DNA of 64,000 bases from a virus. Position numbers and translations under genes: made by a program. How positions within the stretch are numbered: position 1 is the stretch's first letter; each line of letters begins with the position of its first letter. This document shows, one piece after another, positions 49,367-58,050 of the stretch. The stretch spans positions 1-64,000 of the IMG/VR virus record IMGVR_UViG_3300045125_000140; one strand, 5' to 3'. The notes beneath the pieces were generated by a model that worked only from the letters and a program-made list of their open reading frames with translations, ran no database searches and had not been told where the DNA came from.

Positions 49367-49720
49367 TCAATACGCCTTATCCGGATTCGAGATGTTGGTG
49401 ATCTGGTATGGAACTTGATTAACCTCAGCCGGATCTGATCTTATCGTATCGCCATGTGTTTTGGAAGGGGGCACAGCCATTCTTGGAGATTTTTTATGCC
49501 CGTGTTTATGCTCACGATAAGACGGATATCTGCGATCCTCGTGACCAGTTCCTAAATAGTTACCGCGGACGTCGGTATCTATTCCGTGATCTGTATGTCT
49601 GCTGGAATTATAGTCCGTGATTTTCTCAACAGGGCCGTCGTGATGCAAGCCCGAGTATCTGGAGTAATACTCGGCAATCTTGGTCAGCTCTGATATAAAA
49701 CCGCGGAATATTGGGCTCAC
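49367..49720 (-). CDS. Leader-family His/Arg-rich protein
   Basis: IFRGFISELTKIA. Confidence 0.7.
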   Translation of the reverse strand: MSPIFRGFISELTKIAEYYSRYSGLHHDGPVEKITDYNSSRHTDHGIDTDVRGNYLGTGHEDRRYPSYREHKHGHKKSPRMAVPPSKTHGDTIRSDPAEVNQVPYQITNISNPDKAY

Positions 49721-51363
49721 AGCTTAATCAACATTTCTAGGAACATGGGCCACTGCTTCTCGGCTGACGGGCCCAACCCGCCCTGGTCTACCTGAAGCTT
49801 ATCTGGGGCAGGCGGAGTCGCTCCCGAGTCGATCGCCGAGAAGTTCATACCGATGTGTCCGAACATCGTCTTATTCAGCGCGACTTCCATATCCTTGTAC
49901 TTCGTTCCAAACTTGGACTCGACGTACGGCCACAAGCGATACCAGAACGAGATGTGGGATATGGCGTTCTCGGACGGGTTGGTCGGTGTGCCGCTCGGCA
50001 CATTAACGTGATACTGCGCCTGCGCGATTCCTTTATCCTGGTTGCGCCAACCGACACCGTATTGGCAATACCAATCGAGCATTTGATAAAGGCGCGCTTC
50101 GTGGTGGCGGCAGATATTTACTTCCGTCATCCACTTAAGGGCGTAGTAGAAGAAGGTCATGCCTTCCCAGGCGTCGGTATACGTCTTGACGTAATCGTTC
50201 GGAATCCAGAGCTCGTCCGGCTTAAGGACGGTGAAGAAGTAGTTGATGAAGGACTCGGCCTTGTCGAGGAACTTAACGCCTGAATCAAGGACGTTGTCCT
50301 TGTACATTATCCAGAGGTTCTGGAGATATCGGCCAGCCATGCGGCCGCCTGCGGCGCGAGGCCACACGACCGAATTAGATCGGTTGAGCAGCGACGTCTT
50401 GCGTACCTGAAGCGCGCGCTCGAAGATCGGCTCGGGGCTTATCTTGTTTGCGATTACAAGACTGGTGTCCCACTCTTTTGCGGCCGCCGGCGCCTGGAAG
50501 AAGCCGAGACGGTTTCCCTTCTCCCACTTCCAGTAGCCGTAGTACGGGTGGAGAACGTCCGCCATATCGTACAGGCCGTAATTGATCTTCTTGCGGAGAA
50601 GCATCAGGCCCATCTCGAGCGCTACGCGATCGTCGTTAAGTAGGTAGTTAACCAAGAAGTACAACGGATGATCGTAGTGCTCGTTGGTGAGGCCGTCCGA
50701 GTTTGCCCAGATAGATACGAAGCCGTATTGCGACTTCATGTAGGACAACGGCGGGAAGTTGCCCCAACGCTTGTTGTATGACTCGGGCCAGATCCACCAG
50801 CCGAAGTTACGTTCTACCGCCGAGGGGTTGAAGCTGTCGTTGGTTACGCGGTAGAAGCTGAGGATGCGGCGAAGTGCGGGCTGCTCGGTCAACAACTTGT
50901 AGTCGAAGTTTAGGAGCTTGAGGCACTCGATGGATACATCCTTCGGGGCAACGAAGGGCTCATTGTGCGGGCGGAATCGTACCGAGAAGCAATCGCTGCC
51001 GTCTAGAAGATGGAAGTCGTTGGAGAGCGGGAGCAGCGGCGTCGGTACTTTCGGATCGCCTTGATCGAGCAGGATGTATATCCCGTCTGTCGACTCCGGC
51101 CCGTTCATTCGCCGCGCCGATCCTATATTGAGGAGCTCGGGAAGTAGAACCGGGTCGTGCGCGATTACGCTCTTGAGGTACACAGGCTGTCCGGCGTACG
51201 TAACCGAGTTGAGCGTGAGGTGGTACGGACGGCCCATGTTGTGGATGCGGACTACGTTGTCCGGGGTGATCTCGCACACGACGCGGCCGCTGTACACGGT
51301 CTTCTTGTCGATGCCGCTAAGCTCTACAACCAGGCCGTCGTGGAATTCAATTCTTGCTCTCAT
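49717..51363 (-). CDS. Hypothetical protein, possible alpha/alpha-toroid carbohydrate-active enzyme
   Basis: 548 aa, aromatic-rich; TNEHYDHP..F...YL..DD motif. Confidence 0.45.
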   Translation of the reverse strand: MRARIEFHDGLVVELSGIDKKTVYSGRVVCEITPDNVVRIHNMGRPYHLTLNSVTYAGQPVYLKSVIAHDPVLLPELLNIGSARRMNGPESTDGIYILLDQGDPKVPTPLLPLSNDFHLLDGSDCFSVRFRPHNEPFVAPKDVSIECLKLLNFDYKLLTEQPALRRILSFYRVTNDSFNPSAVERNFGWWIWPESYNKRWGNFPPLSYMKSQYGFVSIWANSDGLTNEHYDHPLYFLVNYLLNDDRVALEMGLMLLRKKINYGLYDMADVLHPYYGYWKWEKGNRLGFFQAPAAAKEWDTSLVIANKISPEPIFERALQVRKTSLLNRSNSVVWPRAAGGRMAGRYLQNLWIMYKDNVLDSGVKFLDKAESFINYFFTVLKPDELWIPNDYVKTYTDAWEGMTFFYYALKWMTEVNICRHHEARLYQMLDWYCQYGVGWRNQDKGIAQAQYHVNVPSGTPTNPSENAISHISFWYRLWPYVESKFGTKYKDMEVALNKTMFGHIGMNFSAIDSGATPPAPDKLQVDQGGLGPSAEKQWPMFLEMLIKL

Positions 51364-51364
51364 A

Positions 51365-51577
51365 TTAGCGCATCTTACCGTAAAGCTTTTGTTTCTGCAA
51401 GGCGGAGTTAATAGCCCGAGATATTGCCTGTATTTTCGACTTGGACACAGGCTTAGCCGAAGGAACCTTCATCGGCTTAGGAAGCGATAGTTTCTTTGTC
51501 GGCGAGTTAAGAAGCGATCGTTTCTTAACTGCGCCGGCTAACTTCGTCAGGGAGGATATAAATGAGTCAGAGAACAA
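51365..51577 (-). CDS. Leader-family small basic protein
   Basis: FSDSFISSLTKLAG. Confidence 0.55.
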   Translation of the reverse strand: MFSDSFISSLTKLAGAVKKRSLLNSPTKKLSLPKPMKVPSAKPVSKSKIQAISRAINSALQKQKLYGKMR

Positions 51578-51616
51578 GAGGACGCTCCACTAACTAATTA
51601 TACCCAAATACCGGCA

Positions 51617-51883
51617 TCAGTGCTTGCCGCGGTTATAGGACTTGGACGTGACCGATATGTTGCTGGTTCCGTTATTACGAGGATTTCCGTCCTTATGGTC
51701 TATGTCCTTGCCGTCGTTCTTGCTCACCCTGCCCGACGCTAATAGCCGCCTTCGAATCTTGTTCCGATGCGCTCTGTCTACCTTGGAAGCCCGCGACGCC
51801 TGAAACTTTCTATATTCGTCCTTATAGTCGCGGGCGGCCAACTTCTCCAGCTCGTCAAAGAACCCATATTGAAATGGATTCAT
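51617..51883 (-). CDS. Leader-bearing HNH-like protein
   Basis: MNPFQYGFFDELEKLAA then RDYKDEY...GKDIDHKDGNPRNN...N...NR. Confidence 0.75.
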   Translation of the reverse strand: MNPFQYGFFDELEKLAARDYKDEYRKFQASRASKVDRAHRNKIRRRLLASGRVSKNDGKDIDHKDGNPRNNGTSNISVTSKSYNRGKH

Positions 51884-52215
51884 TGGGCACCCGCCTTGAT
51901 TGATCTCGCGATTTGATCGTATTTATAAGACGGAAGTGTTCTTGACGTATCTCGCCAGTTATTTTTCATGGCGGCGACAAATCCGTCCGGAGCCGGCTTC
52001 CAGTCAGTCCAAGCCGCGTTGTTCTCGGGCGTCACCAAGCTGTATGTCGGGTTGGGCGGCTTAATGGGATTGCCTTGCATATCGCGATGCGCGCCGTCGG
52101 GCGTGACGGCCCACCTGAACGCCTTACCGTGATGCGCGTCCCAGTCGATGGGTTCGCGCTCGGCGGCGATCTTACGCAGCTCGTCGAAGAATCCTAATTC
52201 GAAGGCACGCACCAC
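51880..52215 (-). CDS. Leader-family protein
   Basis: AFELGFFDELRKIAA. Confidence 0.75.
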   Translation of the reverse strand: MVRAFELGFFDELRKIAAEREPIDWDAHHGKAFRWAVTPDGAHRDMQGNPIKPPNPTYSLVTPENNAAWTDWKPAPDGFVAAMKNNWRDTSRTLPSYKYDQIARSIKAGAQ

Positions 52216-52221
52216 GGCGTA

Positions 52222-52524
52222 TCAGCAGTTCCAGGCCCGAAGCGACTTATTGATTCTCGAGTCCGGATCTCTCGAGGTCTTGGCAGAGGTCAGCTTCGCC
52301 TTCATCCCACGCATACGTGCGCAGAAAGATTTGCGGCGAGAGGCGTCCTTCTTGGTGCGGGGATTTGGCGCCGGCGCTTTTAGATTTCCGCCGTGAGCTC
52401 TGTTGTAGGACGCACGTCCTTTAGCGTTGAGTCCGCCGCGAGGGTTCTTACCCTCTTTGCGGGTCCAAGCTTCGGAGGCGATCTTTTCCAGCTCATCAAA
52501 AAATCCGAATTCAAAGCTGTTCAT
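52222..52524 (-). CDS. Leader-bearing DUF6321-like basic protein
   Basis: MNSFEFGFFDELEKIA then AWTRKEGKNPRGGLNAKGRASY...RRKSFCARM...SLRAWNC. Confidence 0.75.
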   Translation of the reverse strand: MNSFEFGFFDELEKIASEAWTRKEGKNPRGGLNAKGRASYNRAHGGNLKAPAPNPRTKKDASRRKSFCARMRGMKAKLTSAKTSRDPDSRINKSLRAWNC

Positions 52525-52599
52525 GATAATCTCACGTGTAGTTATGTTTGGATCTAACCCGCGCCGCCGGCGTATTAGATACGAATTGGTTAGAGGAAC

Positions 52600-53265
52600 T
52601 TAATTTCTTCTTGTCCGTGGCGACCTGCTCACCTTTTGAGAGGCTCTTCCACTTTTTCTCTGGGAGATAGCGGGAGGTGCGGCCGCTGTCCTTTTTGCGA
52701 TAGGGCTGGTGCCCGGCCGAGTTCGCCACTTCTGTTTCGTCCACTTGACCATTTTGTTGGACGATGCAGACGGCTTACGGCCAGAATATCCGCCGCCGCT
52801 TTTCTTGTATATTTTCGTTGCAAGTTGCATCGCCCTGGCTGAGTGCTTACCGCCCATACGGGCTTTGGCCTGAGCCTTGGCCCGAGCCCACAGAGACGGA
52901 TTTTTCTTGGTGGCCACGCCTTTGGCGGCCCCGGTCTTGTTCATATCCGCTGCTTCGCGAAGCGCCTGGCGAAGTTTGCGAACGCGATCTAACTTCTCAC
53001 CTACATGATGTTTAACATCATGCACGCCCTTAGCCACGACGGGAATAGCCGCGGCGGCCGCGCCAGGGCCCCAGGCAAAAGTCGTGTCGCCTCTTGAAAG
53101 TCCCGCCATGGCGGCGGGGATCGCGCTCATCGCTGCCGTGGACGCGGAGTCCTTGGCGATTGGTTTGGCGGATCGCCTAAGTGCAATCGTATACTCTCGA
53201 AGCGTATCGCCGAGAGCGCCTAGCTTTTCCAGCTCGTCAAAAAATCCATATTCAAGAGCGTTCAT
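52600..53265 (-). CDS. Leader-bearing protein with DUF5872-like module (frameshifted; true end 52532)
   Basis: MNALEYGFFDELEKLG; SARAMQLA...YKKSGGGY...WTKQKW; continues in the 52532..52744 frame as RYLPEKKW...QFVSNT. Confidence 0.7.
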   Translation of the reverse strand: MNALEYGFFDELEKLGALGDTLREYTIALRRSAKPIAKDSASTAAMSAIPAAMAGLSRGDTTFAWGPGAAAAAIPVVAKGVHDVKHHVGEKLDRVRKLRQALREAADMNKTGAAKGVATKKNPSLWARAKAQAKARMGGKHSARAMQLATKIYKKSGGGYSGRKPSASSNKMVKWTKQKWRTRPGTSPIAKRTAAAPPAISQRKSGRASQKVSRSPRTRRN

Positions 53266-53275
53266 CTATATACCA

Positions 53276-53920
53276 CTAATCTCGCTTATTAAGACGCTTC
53301 CAATGCTTGTAGGCATCACGCTCGTCGAGAGTTGACAACGTCCCTCCCGTAAGCGCGCCTAAGAGAGCGGTTATAAGCGGAACCCCAGTGTTTCCATCGG
53401 TCATGGCCTCGAGGGGAAGACCGGCTAAACCTCCGAGGAGCCCGCCGCCAAGAGCTGATTTCAATACGCGAAGAGGCGCGGTAGCAGTGCGTGTGTGCCC
53501 GCCGAGGCCGGCCACTGCAAAGTCGGAGGCCGCAATCTTTTGCAGCTCATCGAAGAAGCCGTACTCGAAAGCACCCTTCTTCTCGATAGCCTCCAGGCGC
53601 TCGTAATAATCCTTATCCTCGGTGAGGTGGTCCTTCGCGATCTCCTTCGCGATCTGTTTCTTCTTGGTGTGCTCGCGTTCGTGCTTAACGCCCTCTTTGA
53701 GTTTTTCTTTATTAAACTCGGAGTCGGGCTTGTTGTCGCCCTTACCGCCCTCGAGGATCTCGCCGTTATTCGGATGCTCGTCTTCCATCTCTTCCTCGGC
53801 TTTCTTGGTGTGCCAGGGAAGGCCTTTATTCTTCGCACCCTTTTCGTGCGCCCAGCGCTTGGCGATTTTAGGGTGCTTCGCCCACATCAGGCGGCGTTGT
53901 GCTTCTGATTTAAACGGCAT
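53276..53920 (-). CDS. Modular protein: MPFKSEAQRR module + DUF5661-like module + internal leader + Gly-zipper
   Basis: EGVKHEREH...IAKDHLTEDKDYYERL; internal AFEYGFFDELQKIAA. Confidence 0.75.
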   Translation of the reverse strand: MPFKSEAQRRLMWAKHPKIAKRWAHEKGAKNKGLPWHTKKAEEEMEDEHPNNGEILEGGKGDNKPDSEFNKEKLKEGVKHEREHTKKKQIAKEIAKDHLTEDKDYYERLEAIEKKGAFEYGFFDELQKIAASDFAVAGLGGHTRTATAPLRVLKSALGGGLLGGLAGLPLEAMTDGNTGVPLITALLGALTGGTLSTLDERDAYKHWKRLNKRD

Positions 53921-53927
53921 GGTTATC

Positions 53928-54269
53928 TCATTTATACGGGCGTTTCATCCCGAGCGTTGTTTCGAATTTAGTGGTAGGCGGATCATCAGCAGTGGGCCGT
54001 CCGTCATGCTTCTCTGGGCGCGTCTTCATAAAGACATACCAGTGGAACCACGCGATCCACCACCACAGTACAGATATTCCAATATTGAGGCAGATCTCAG
54101 CTTTGGGAACTGCCGTCATCGAGGCGGCGGCGAAAGCGTGCCCGATAATTATGAACGTCATCGCGCTCTTTAGAACAAAGTGCGACACTCTAGAGAAGGT
54201 GTGCACCGCACTGTCTGGACGACCAAATATCATAAAAGGAGGCAGAGCATTCCGCTGAATCCGACGCAA
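53928..54269 (-). CDS. Membrane protein next to the holin-like gene
   Basis: Two hydrophobic segments. Confidence 0.45.
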   Translation of the reverse strand: MRRIQRNALPPFMIFGRPDSAVHTFSRVSHFVLKSAMTFIIIGHAFAAASMTAVPKAEICLNIGISVLWWWIAWFHWYVFMKTRPEKHDGRPTADDPPTTKFETTLGMKRPYK

Positions 54270-54308
54270 TGCGCTGCCGAGTTTATAATTATCGGAACGA
54301 GCTCCATA

Positions 54309-54608
54309 CTACTCTCCCGGGCCGGATAATTTCTGCATTAACTTAGAACTGAACTTCTCCACAACTCTTAATCCGAGATGTCCGGTCAGGAAGGCGACCG
54401 CATACGTAAGAGATTGCGAAGTTATGTGCGCCAGTTCGACAATAAGTGGAGTGAGGTAATTGGCCGCCACTGCTCCCCCAAAAAGAGCGAGTAGCGTCTC
54501 TCTCCACGTAATAGCCGACGTCCTGCTGATCGAGAGGATTGCGCCTGCAAGACCTGCGAGGAATAGGGCTACATTTATTCCCATGTCTTTGAAGTTAGAA
54601 TCGTTCAT
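54309..54608 (-). CDS. Putative holin
   Basis: 99 aa, three hydrophobic segments, ANYLTPL and AFLTGHLG motifs, charged C-terminus. Confidence 0.6.
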   Translation of the reverse strand: MNDSNFKDMGINVALFLAGLAGAILSISRTSAITWRETLLALFGGAVAANYLTPLIVELAHITSQSLTYAVAFLTGHLGLRVVEKFSSKLMQKLSGPGE

Positions 54609-54614
54609 ATAACC

Positions 54615-54938
54615 CTATTCAGAGGCCAGATTCAAAATGAAAGATCGAACAAACAAGCTGTCGGTAAGTCCGGCCTCTTTTTGAACGCCGTCTTCCGACT
54701 GCTTGTTTGTATTGGGGGTCGACTCTTTCGCCTTCGGGGCCTCGGGTTTTTTAGTAACTGGTTTTTTAGAGGCGAGTCTGCTAAGTACATACGCCGCAAG
54801 CATGCCGGCGTAAAGTGGCCTTGTTATAGACTCAGATTTAATCTTGCCTTTGGAGAAGGACTGGGTCAGCGTTCCCGCTACCCCAGCCCCGGTTACTCCG
54901 GAGGACAAAGATTTGATGTGGTCAAATATAGAGGCCAC
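54615..54938 (-). CDS. Hypothetical protein with C-terminal KEAG site
   Basis: Co-oriented ORF; VQKEAG...SF near the end. Confidence 0.5.
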   Translation of the reverse strand: MASIFDHIKSLSSGVTGAGVAGTLTQSFSKGKIKSESITRPLYAGMLAAYVLSRLASKKPVTKKPEAPKAKESTPNTNKQSEDGVQKEAGLTDSLFVRSFILNLASE

Positions 54939-54974
54939 TGATACCGTCGATTAGTCTGCTAGATAGTTACGGTA

Positions 54975-55547
54975 TCAGTACTTCGGACCGAGCTTCCAAC
55001 CTTCAGCTTTATCCGTTGCAGCTGGAGGCATAGCGTTGGGGCCTACCTTCTCGGTGTAGCCGCCTTCATTTAGGATCTTGGGAAGAACTTTAAGCGCTGA
55101 TCCTTGAGTGTACTGGGGCTCGTGATGAGGCGAGTAGTCTTCTATCCCGTACGGATCCAACTCATGGATGGAGAGTGGGGCTTTAGAAGCGCCGCCGCCG
55201 AATAATCCCTTAATCTTCTCTAAGATTGAGGACCCCTTCAACTTCTCCATGATTGAATCACCGAGTCCGAAGTGATGGGCAGCGCCTAAGGCGCCGGCAC
55301 CGAGGGCGCCTCCGAGAAGCATCTTCTTTCTGTTTGCGCTCTGACTTGCCGCAGCCGCCGCAAGGGCGGCTTGTCTGGCCTGATCGTCCTTATGGCCCTG
55401 ATACATTTTGTAACCGCCATAACCGAGACCGCCTACAGCTAGGAGCTTAAGCAGATTGGCCATGTTTGCGGAGCCTTTAGCTGGGGCTGCCTGATCCTCA
55501 GCAATCTTAACAAACTCGCGCATAAAAGTACGTTCAAACGAATTCAT
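54975..55547 (-). CDS. Leader-family Gly-zipper protein
   Basis: MNSFERTFMREFVKIA; GGALGAGALG. Confidence 0.7.
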   Translation of the reverse strand: MNSFERTFMREFVKIAEDQAAPAKGSANMANLLKLLAVGGLGYGGYKMYQGHKDDQARQAALAAAAASQSANRKKMLLGGALGAGALGAAHHFGLGDSIMEKLKGSSILEKIKGLFGGGASKAPLSIHELDPYGIEDYSPHHEPQYTQGSALKVLPKILNEGGYTEKVGPNAMPPAATDKAEGWKLGPKY

Positions 55548-55587
55548 GGTGTCTCCGGTAAAGTTTGACCCACATTTAGTATGTGGA

Positions 55588-55980
55588 TTATCTGATGCGC
55601 CTCATTGTTTGAATGAAGCTTTCTGATGCCTTTTTTACCATCTTATTTGAAGACGGCTTTGAGTTGTCGAGAATATCCGGAATTTCGGGCAATTGGATGA
55701 GCGGCTTATTCTCAGAAAGTCGCTTAAGAGCTCTGGCGCCTTCAGTAACGGCAACACCGCCAAGCAATGCGCCGCCAATGTCTTTCAGACGCTGATTGAA
55801 TTTGGCCGATTCCGTGAGCTGCTTCTGCTGTTCTAGCAGCTGCTTCTCCATTTTACGGGAGCGGATATTCGAGTGGACCGCGTCGGCTATGCCGGCTACG
55901 GAGATAGCGGGCATAACCCACTCCGGCATCCACTCCGGCAACCAGCCTACCACAGCTGCTTTTTCAAGGTGCTTAGACAT
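55588..55980 (-). CDS. Leader-like protein
   Basis: HLEKAA at the N-terminus, VKKASESF at the C-terminus. Confidence 0.6.
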   Translation of the reverse strand: MSKHLEKAAVVGWLPEWMPEWVMPAISVAGIADAVHSNIRSRKMEKQLLEQQKQLTESAKFNQRLKDIGGALLGGVAVTEGARALKRLSENKPLIQLPEIPDILDNSKPSSNKMVKKASESFIQTMRRIR

Positions 55981-55982
55981 AA

Positions 55983-56426
55983 TTAAACAACTCTTCCAAA
56001 TCTAGGAGTTGCTGGCAGAAGACCTCGGAGCCCGGCTCCGATGGATCTGAATACGCGTCCGAACACTCCGGGGCGCAAGCCCTGCTTAGCTGCTCTGGCT
56101 CTGGCCAGATCGGAGGCGGCCATGGGAAGGGCCCTAGCTGCGTTTCTTAGAGCGAATTGACGCTCCTCAAGACCACGGGTGTATTCTCTCGGATCCATGG
56201 TTCCGTGATACCGGCCGCCGTATCCATAGTCTTGTCGGTATCTGTTCAGCTCTCGTTGCATGTCCGCGCGGTGAGCCGCTGCGTCCGACAATGCCTCGTG
56301 GTAACTTCCCGCAGGAATATCCCCTCGAGGTTCTCCTATCGGGACATTGGGCGACGGAGTTCCGAGCTGAGCGGCTTGCTTTTTAATCTGCCACTTGAAT
56401 TCGGTAAGTAGTGATTTGTTGGACAT
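55983..56426 (-). CDS. Leader-like Arg-rich protein
   Basis: TEFKWQIKKQAA; AGGAG RBS. Confidence 0.6.
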   Translation of the reverse strand: MSNKSLLTEFKWQIKKQAAQLGTPSPNVPIGEPRGDIPAGSYHEALSDAAAHRADMQRELNRYRQDYGYGGRYHGTMDPREYTRGLEERQFALRNAARALPMAASDLARARAAKQGLRPGVFGRVFRSIGAGLRGLLPATPRFGRVV

Positions 56427-56446
56427 GGGTATCTCCTACTTAATTA

Positions 56447-58009
56447 CTAGGCCACACCAGAGCTAGATGCCGGAGGCGCGTCGGGAGGAGGTATTAAAGG
56501 TCTTGGCGCTCTTCGAGCCGGCGCTGCTCCTGGCGCGGGCGGGGAGGTGTCGCGCCTGGAGGCGGAGCCGCGGCGCCTGGGGAGGAGTTGCTGCTCCTGG
56601 CGGAGGAGCTGCCGCTCCGGGCGGAGGCGGTCCTGCGGCAGGTTTGCCGCCAAAGACTCCGGCAACAGATTTACCGAACCTGTACGAAAGGGAACCCTTA
56701 TCAACAGGTGGGCCAAGTTCGGGATTTTTTCTCCGGCTCCAGCGCGGTAATCAGAGACGGGCCGATCATTGGCGACTGCGCCACGACCAAAAACTCCCCC
56801 GAGTCGTTGGGGTATGCTCTTCTTTTCCTGCACTCCTTGTTGGAGCTTGGCTTGTTGAGCACGAGTTTGTTCCAGAGCGCCCTTAGCAGTATCTAGCTGT
56901 TTGCGCTCCTCCTCGGACAAGCCCGCCGGCGTTTTCGCTTTAGCCTCTAAATCCGAAACAGTCTTTTTATTCTGTGCGGCTTGTGCCGAAGTCTCGTCAA
57001 GTAGCTTGGCTTTACGAGCTCTGGCTACGTCAGCGTCGGTCTGGTATTTACCTAACGTGACATTTTTAAGAGCCATTTGACCAAACGATCGAGCAGCGCG
57101 ACCAAAGATTCCGCGTTCCTTCCCGCCCGAGGCGGCGTAGGATAGGCTGGTATCTAGTTTCGCCTTCTCCTTATCCAGAGACTGCTGCACCCGAATAGCG
57201 GACTGATACGCGCGCTCCTGGTCAGGTCTTAGAGGCTGGCCGCTCTTTATCTGCTCTTCGAAGCCCTTGATCGCGGCTTCATTTCGGCCTCTGTTCTTCT
57301 CTATGTCGCTGAGTCGGCCCTTAATTCTGGTGTACTCGTCCTGGCGGCCCTCAAAAGACTTCTCTCTTCCGGCGCGCTGAACTTCGTAAACACGCTGGCG
57401 CTCTTGATGCAATCCGGCTAAGTCTGATGCGGCGGACTGAATTCGATTCATAACCTCGGGTGGGACCGAGCCGGGCCCACCTCTCGGATCGACGCCTTCG
57501 GTTGCCCGGGCCATCTCCATTACAGCGCCTCTCTCCTGGTCGCTTCCGGTAGCGAGCATTCGAGCTAAAGATCCCTCGTCAAGGGCTTTATGCTCCGGAG
57601 CGAGCGTCCTTAGCCGGATAGCCAGATCTCTAGCGAGGTCTCGATCTGCCTGAGTAACACCAAACTCATCCGCCTCGAGTCGAGACTTTGGTTTCTGATC
57701 CCGGTAACGACCGCCATCTCTACGGTCTCGGTCACGACGGTCGCCACGGTCACCACGGTCGCCACGGTCGCCGCGATCACGCCTATCACGGAAATAACGG
57801 AAATGATCGACTAGGCGGTCCTTACCACGACCGCCGTCCTTTGCAACCTTAAAGAAGCCGTCTACGACCTTGGAAAGAGGCCCAGAAACCTCCGCGGTTT
57901 GGAAGTATATCGTCTTATTATCCGATGCGGCCGCGACTTTATAAAAGGCGGACGAAAGAGTTAATACTACGGGAGATCTATTATCAGGCACTGTGTGGAC
58001 CCTCACCAA
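56447..58009 (-). CDS. Coiled-coil, low-complexity protein with R/D/G repeats
   Basis: SAFYKVAA, GFFKVA, RGDRGDRGD; the C-terminal frame is probably perturbed by indels. Confidence 0.6.
   Translation of the reverse strand: MVRVHTVPDNRSPVVLTLSSAFYKVAAASDNKTIYFQTAEVSGPLSKVVDGFFKVAKDGGRGKDRLVDHFRYFRDRRDRGDRGDRGDRGDRRDRDRRDGGRYRDQKPKSRLEADEFGVTQADRDLARDLAIRLRTLAPEHKALDEGSLARMLATGSDQERGAVMEMARATEGVDPRGGPGSVPPEVMNRIQSAASDLAGLHQERQRVYEVQRAGREKSFEGRQDEYTRIKGRLSDIEKNRGRNEAAIKGFEEQIKSGQPLRPDQERAYQSAIRVQQSLDKEKAKLDTSLSYAASGGKERGIFGRAARSFGQMALKNVTLGKYQTDADVARARKAKLLDETSAQAAQNKKTVSDLEAKAKTPAGLSEEERKQLDTAKGALEQTRAQQAKLQQGVQEKKSIPQRLGGVFGRGAVANDRPVSDYRAGAGEKIPNLAHLLIRVPFRTGSVNLLPESLAANLPQDRLRPERQLLRQEQQLLPRRRGSASRRDTSPPAPGAAPARRAPRPLIPPPDAPPASSSGVA
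57719..57790 (-). repeat. Coding 9-bp tandem repeat (RGD/RRD)
   Basis: (c)acggtcgcc-type units on the + strand. Confidence 0.7.
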
Positions 58010-58050
58010 GAGGAACTGTCTAAATTATTATGGCCGAAACCGGCCCCAAA

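Noticed and set aside
51617-51883. Mobile homing endonuclease or intron
   Set aside because: Minimal HNH module fused to the leader, with no DNA-binding extension or interrupted host gene.
33231-55547. Leader family as RiPP/bacteriocin precursors
   Set aside because: No double-Gly site, modifying enzymes or peptidase-ABC transporter in the window; cargos include folded enzymes.
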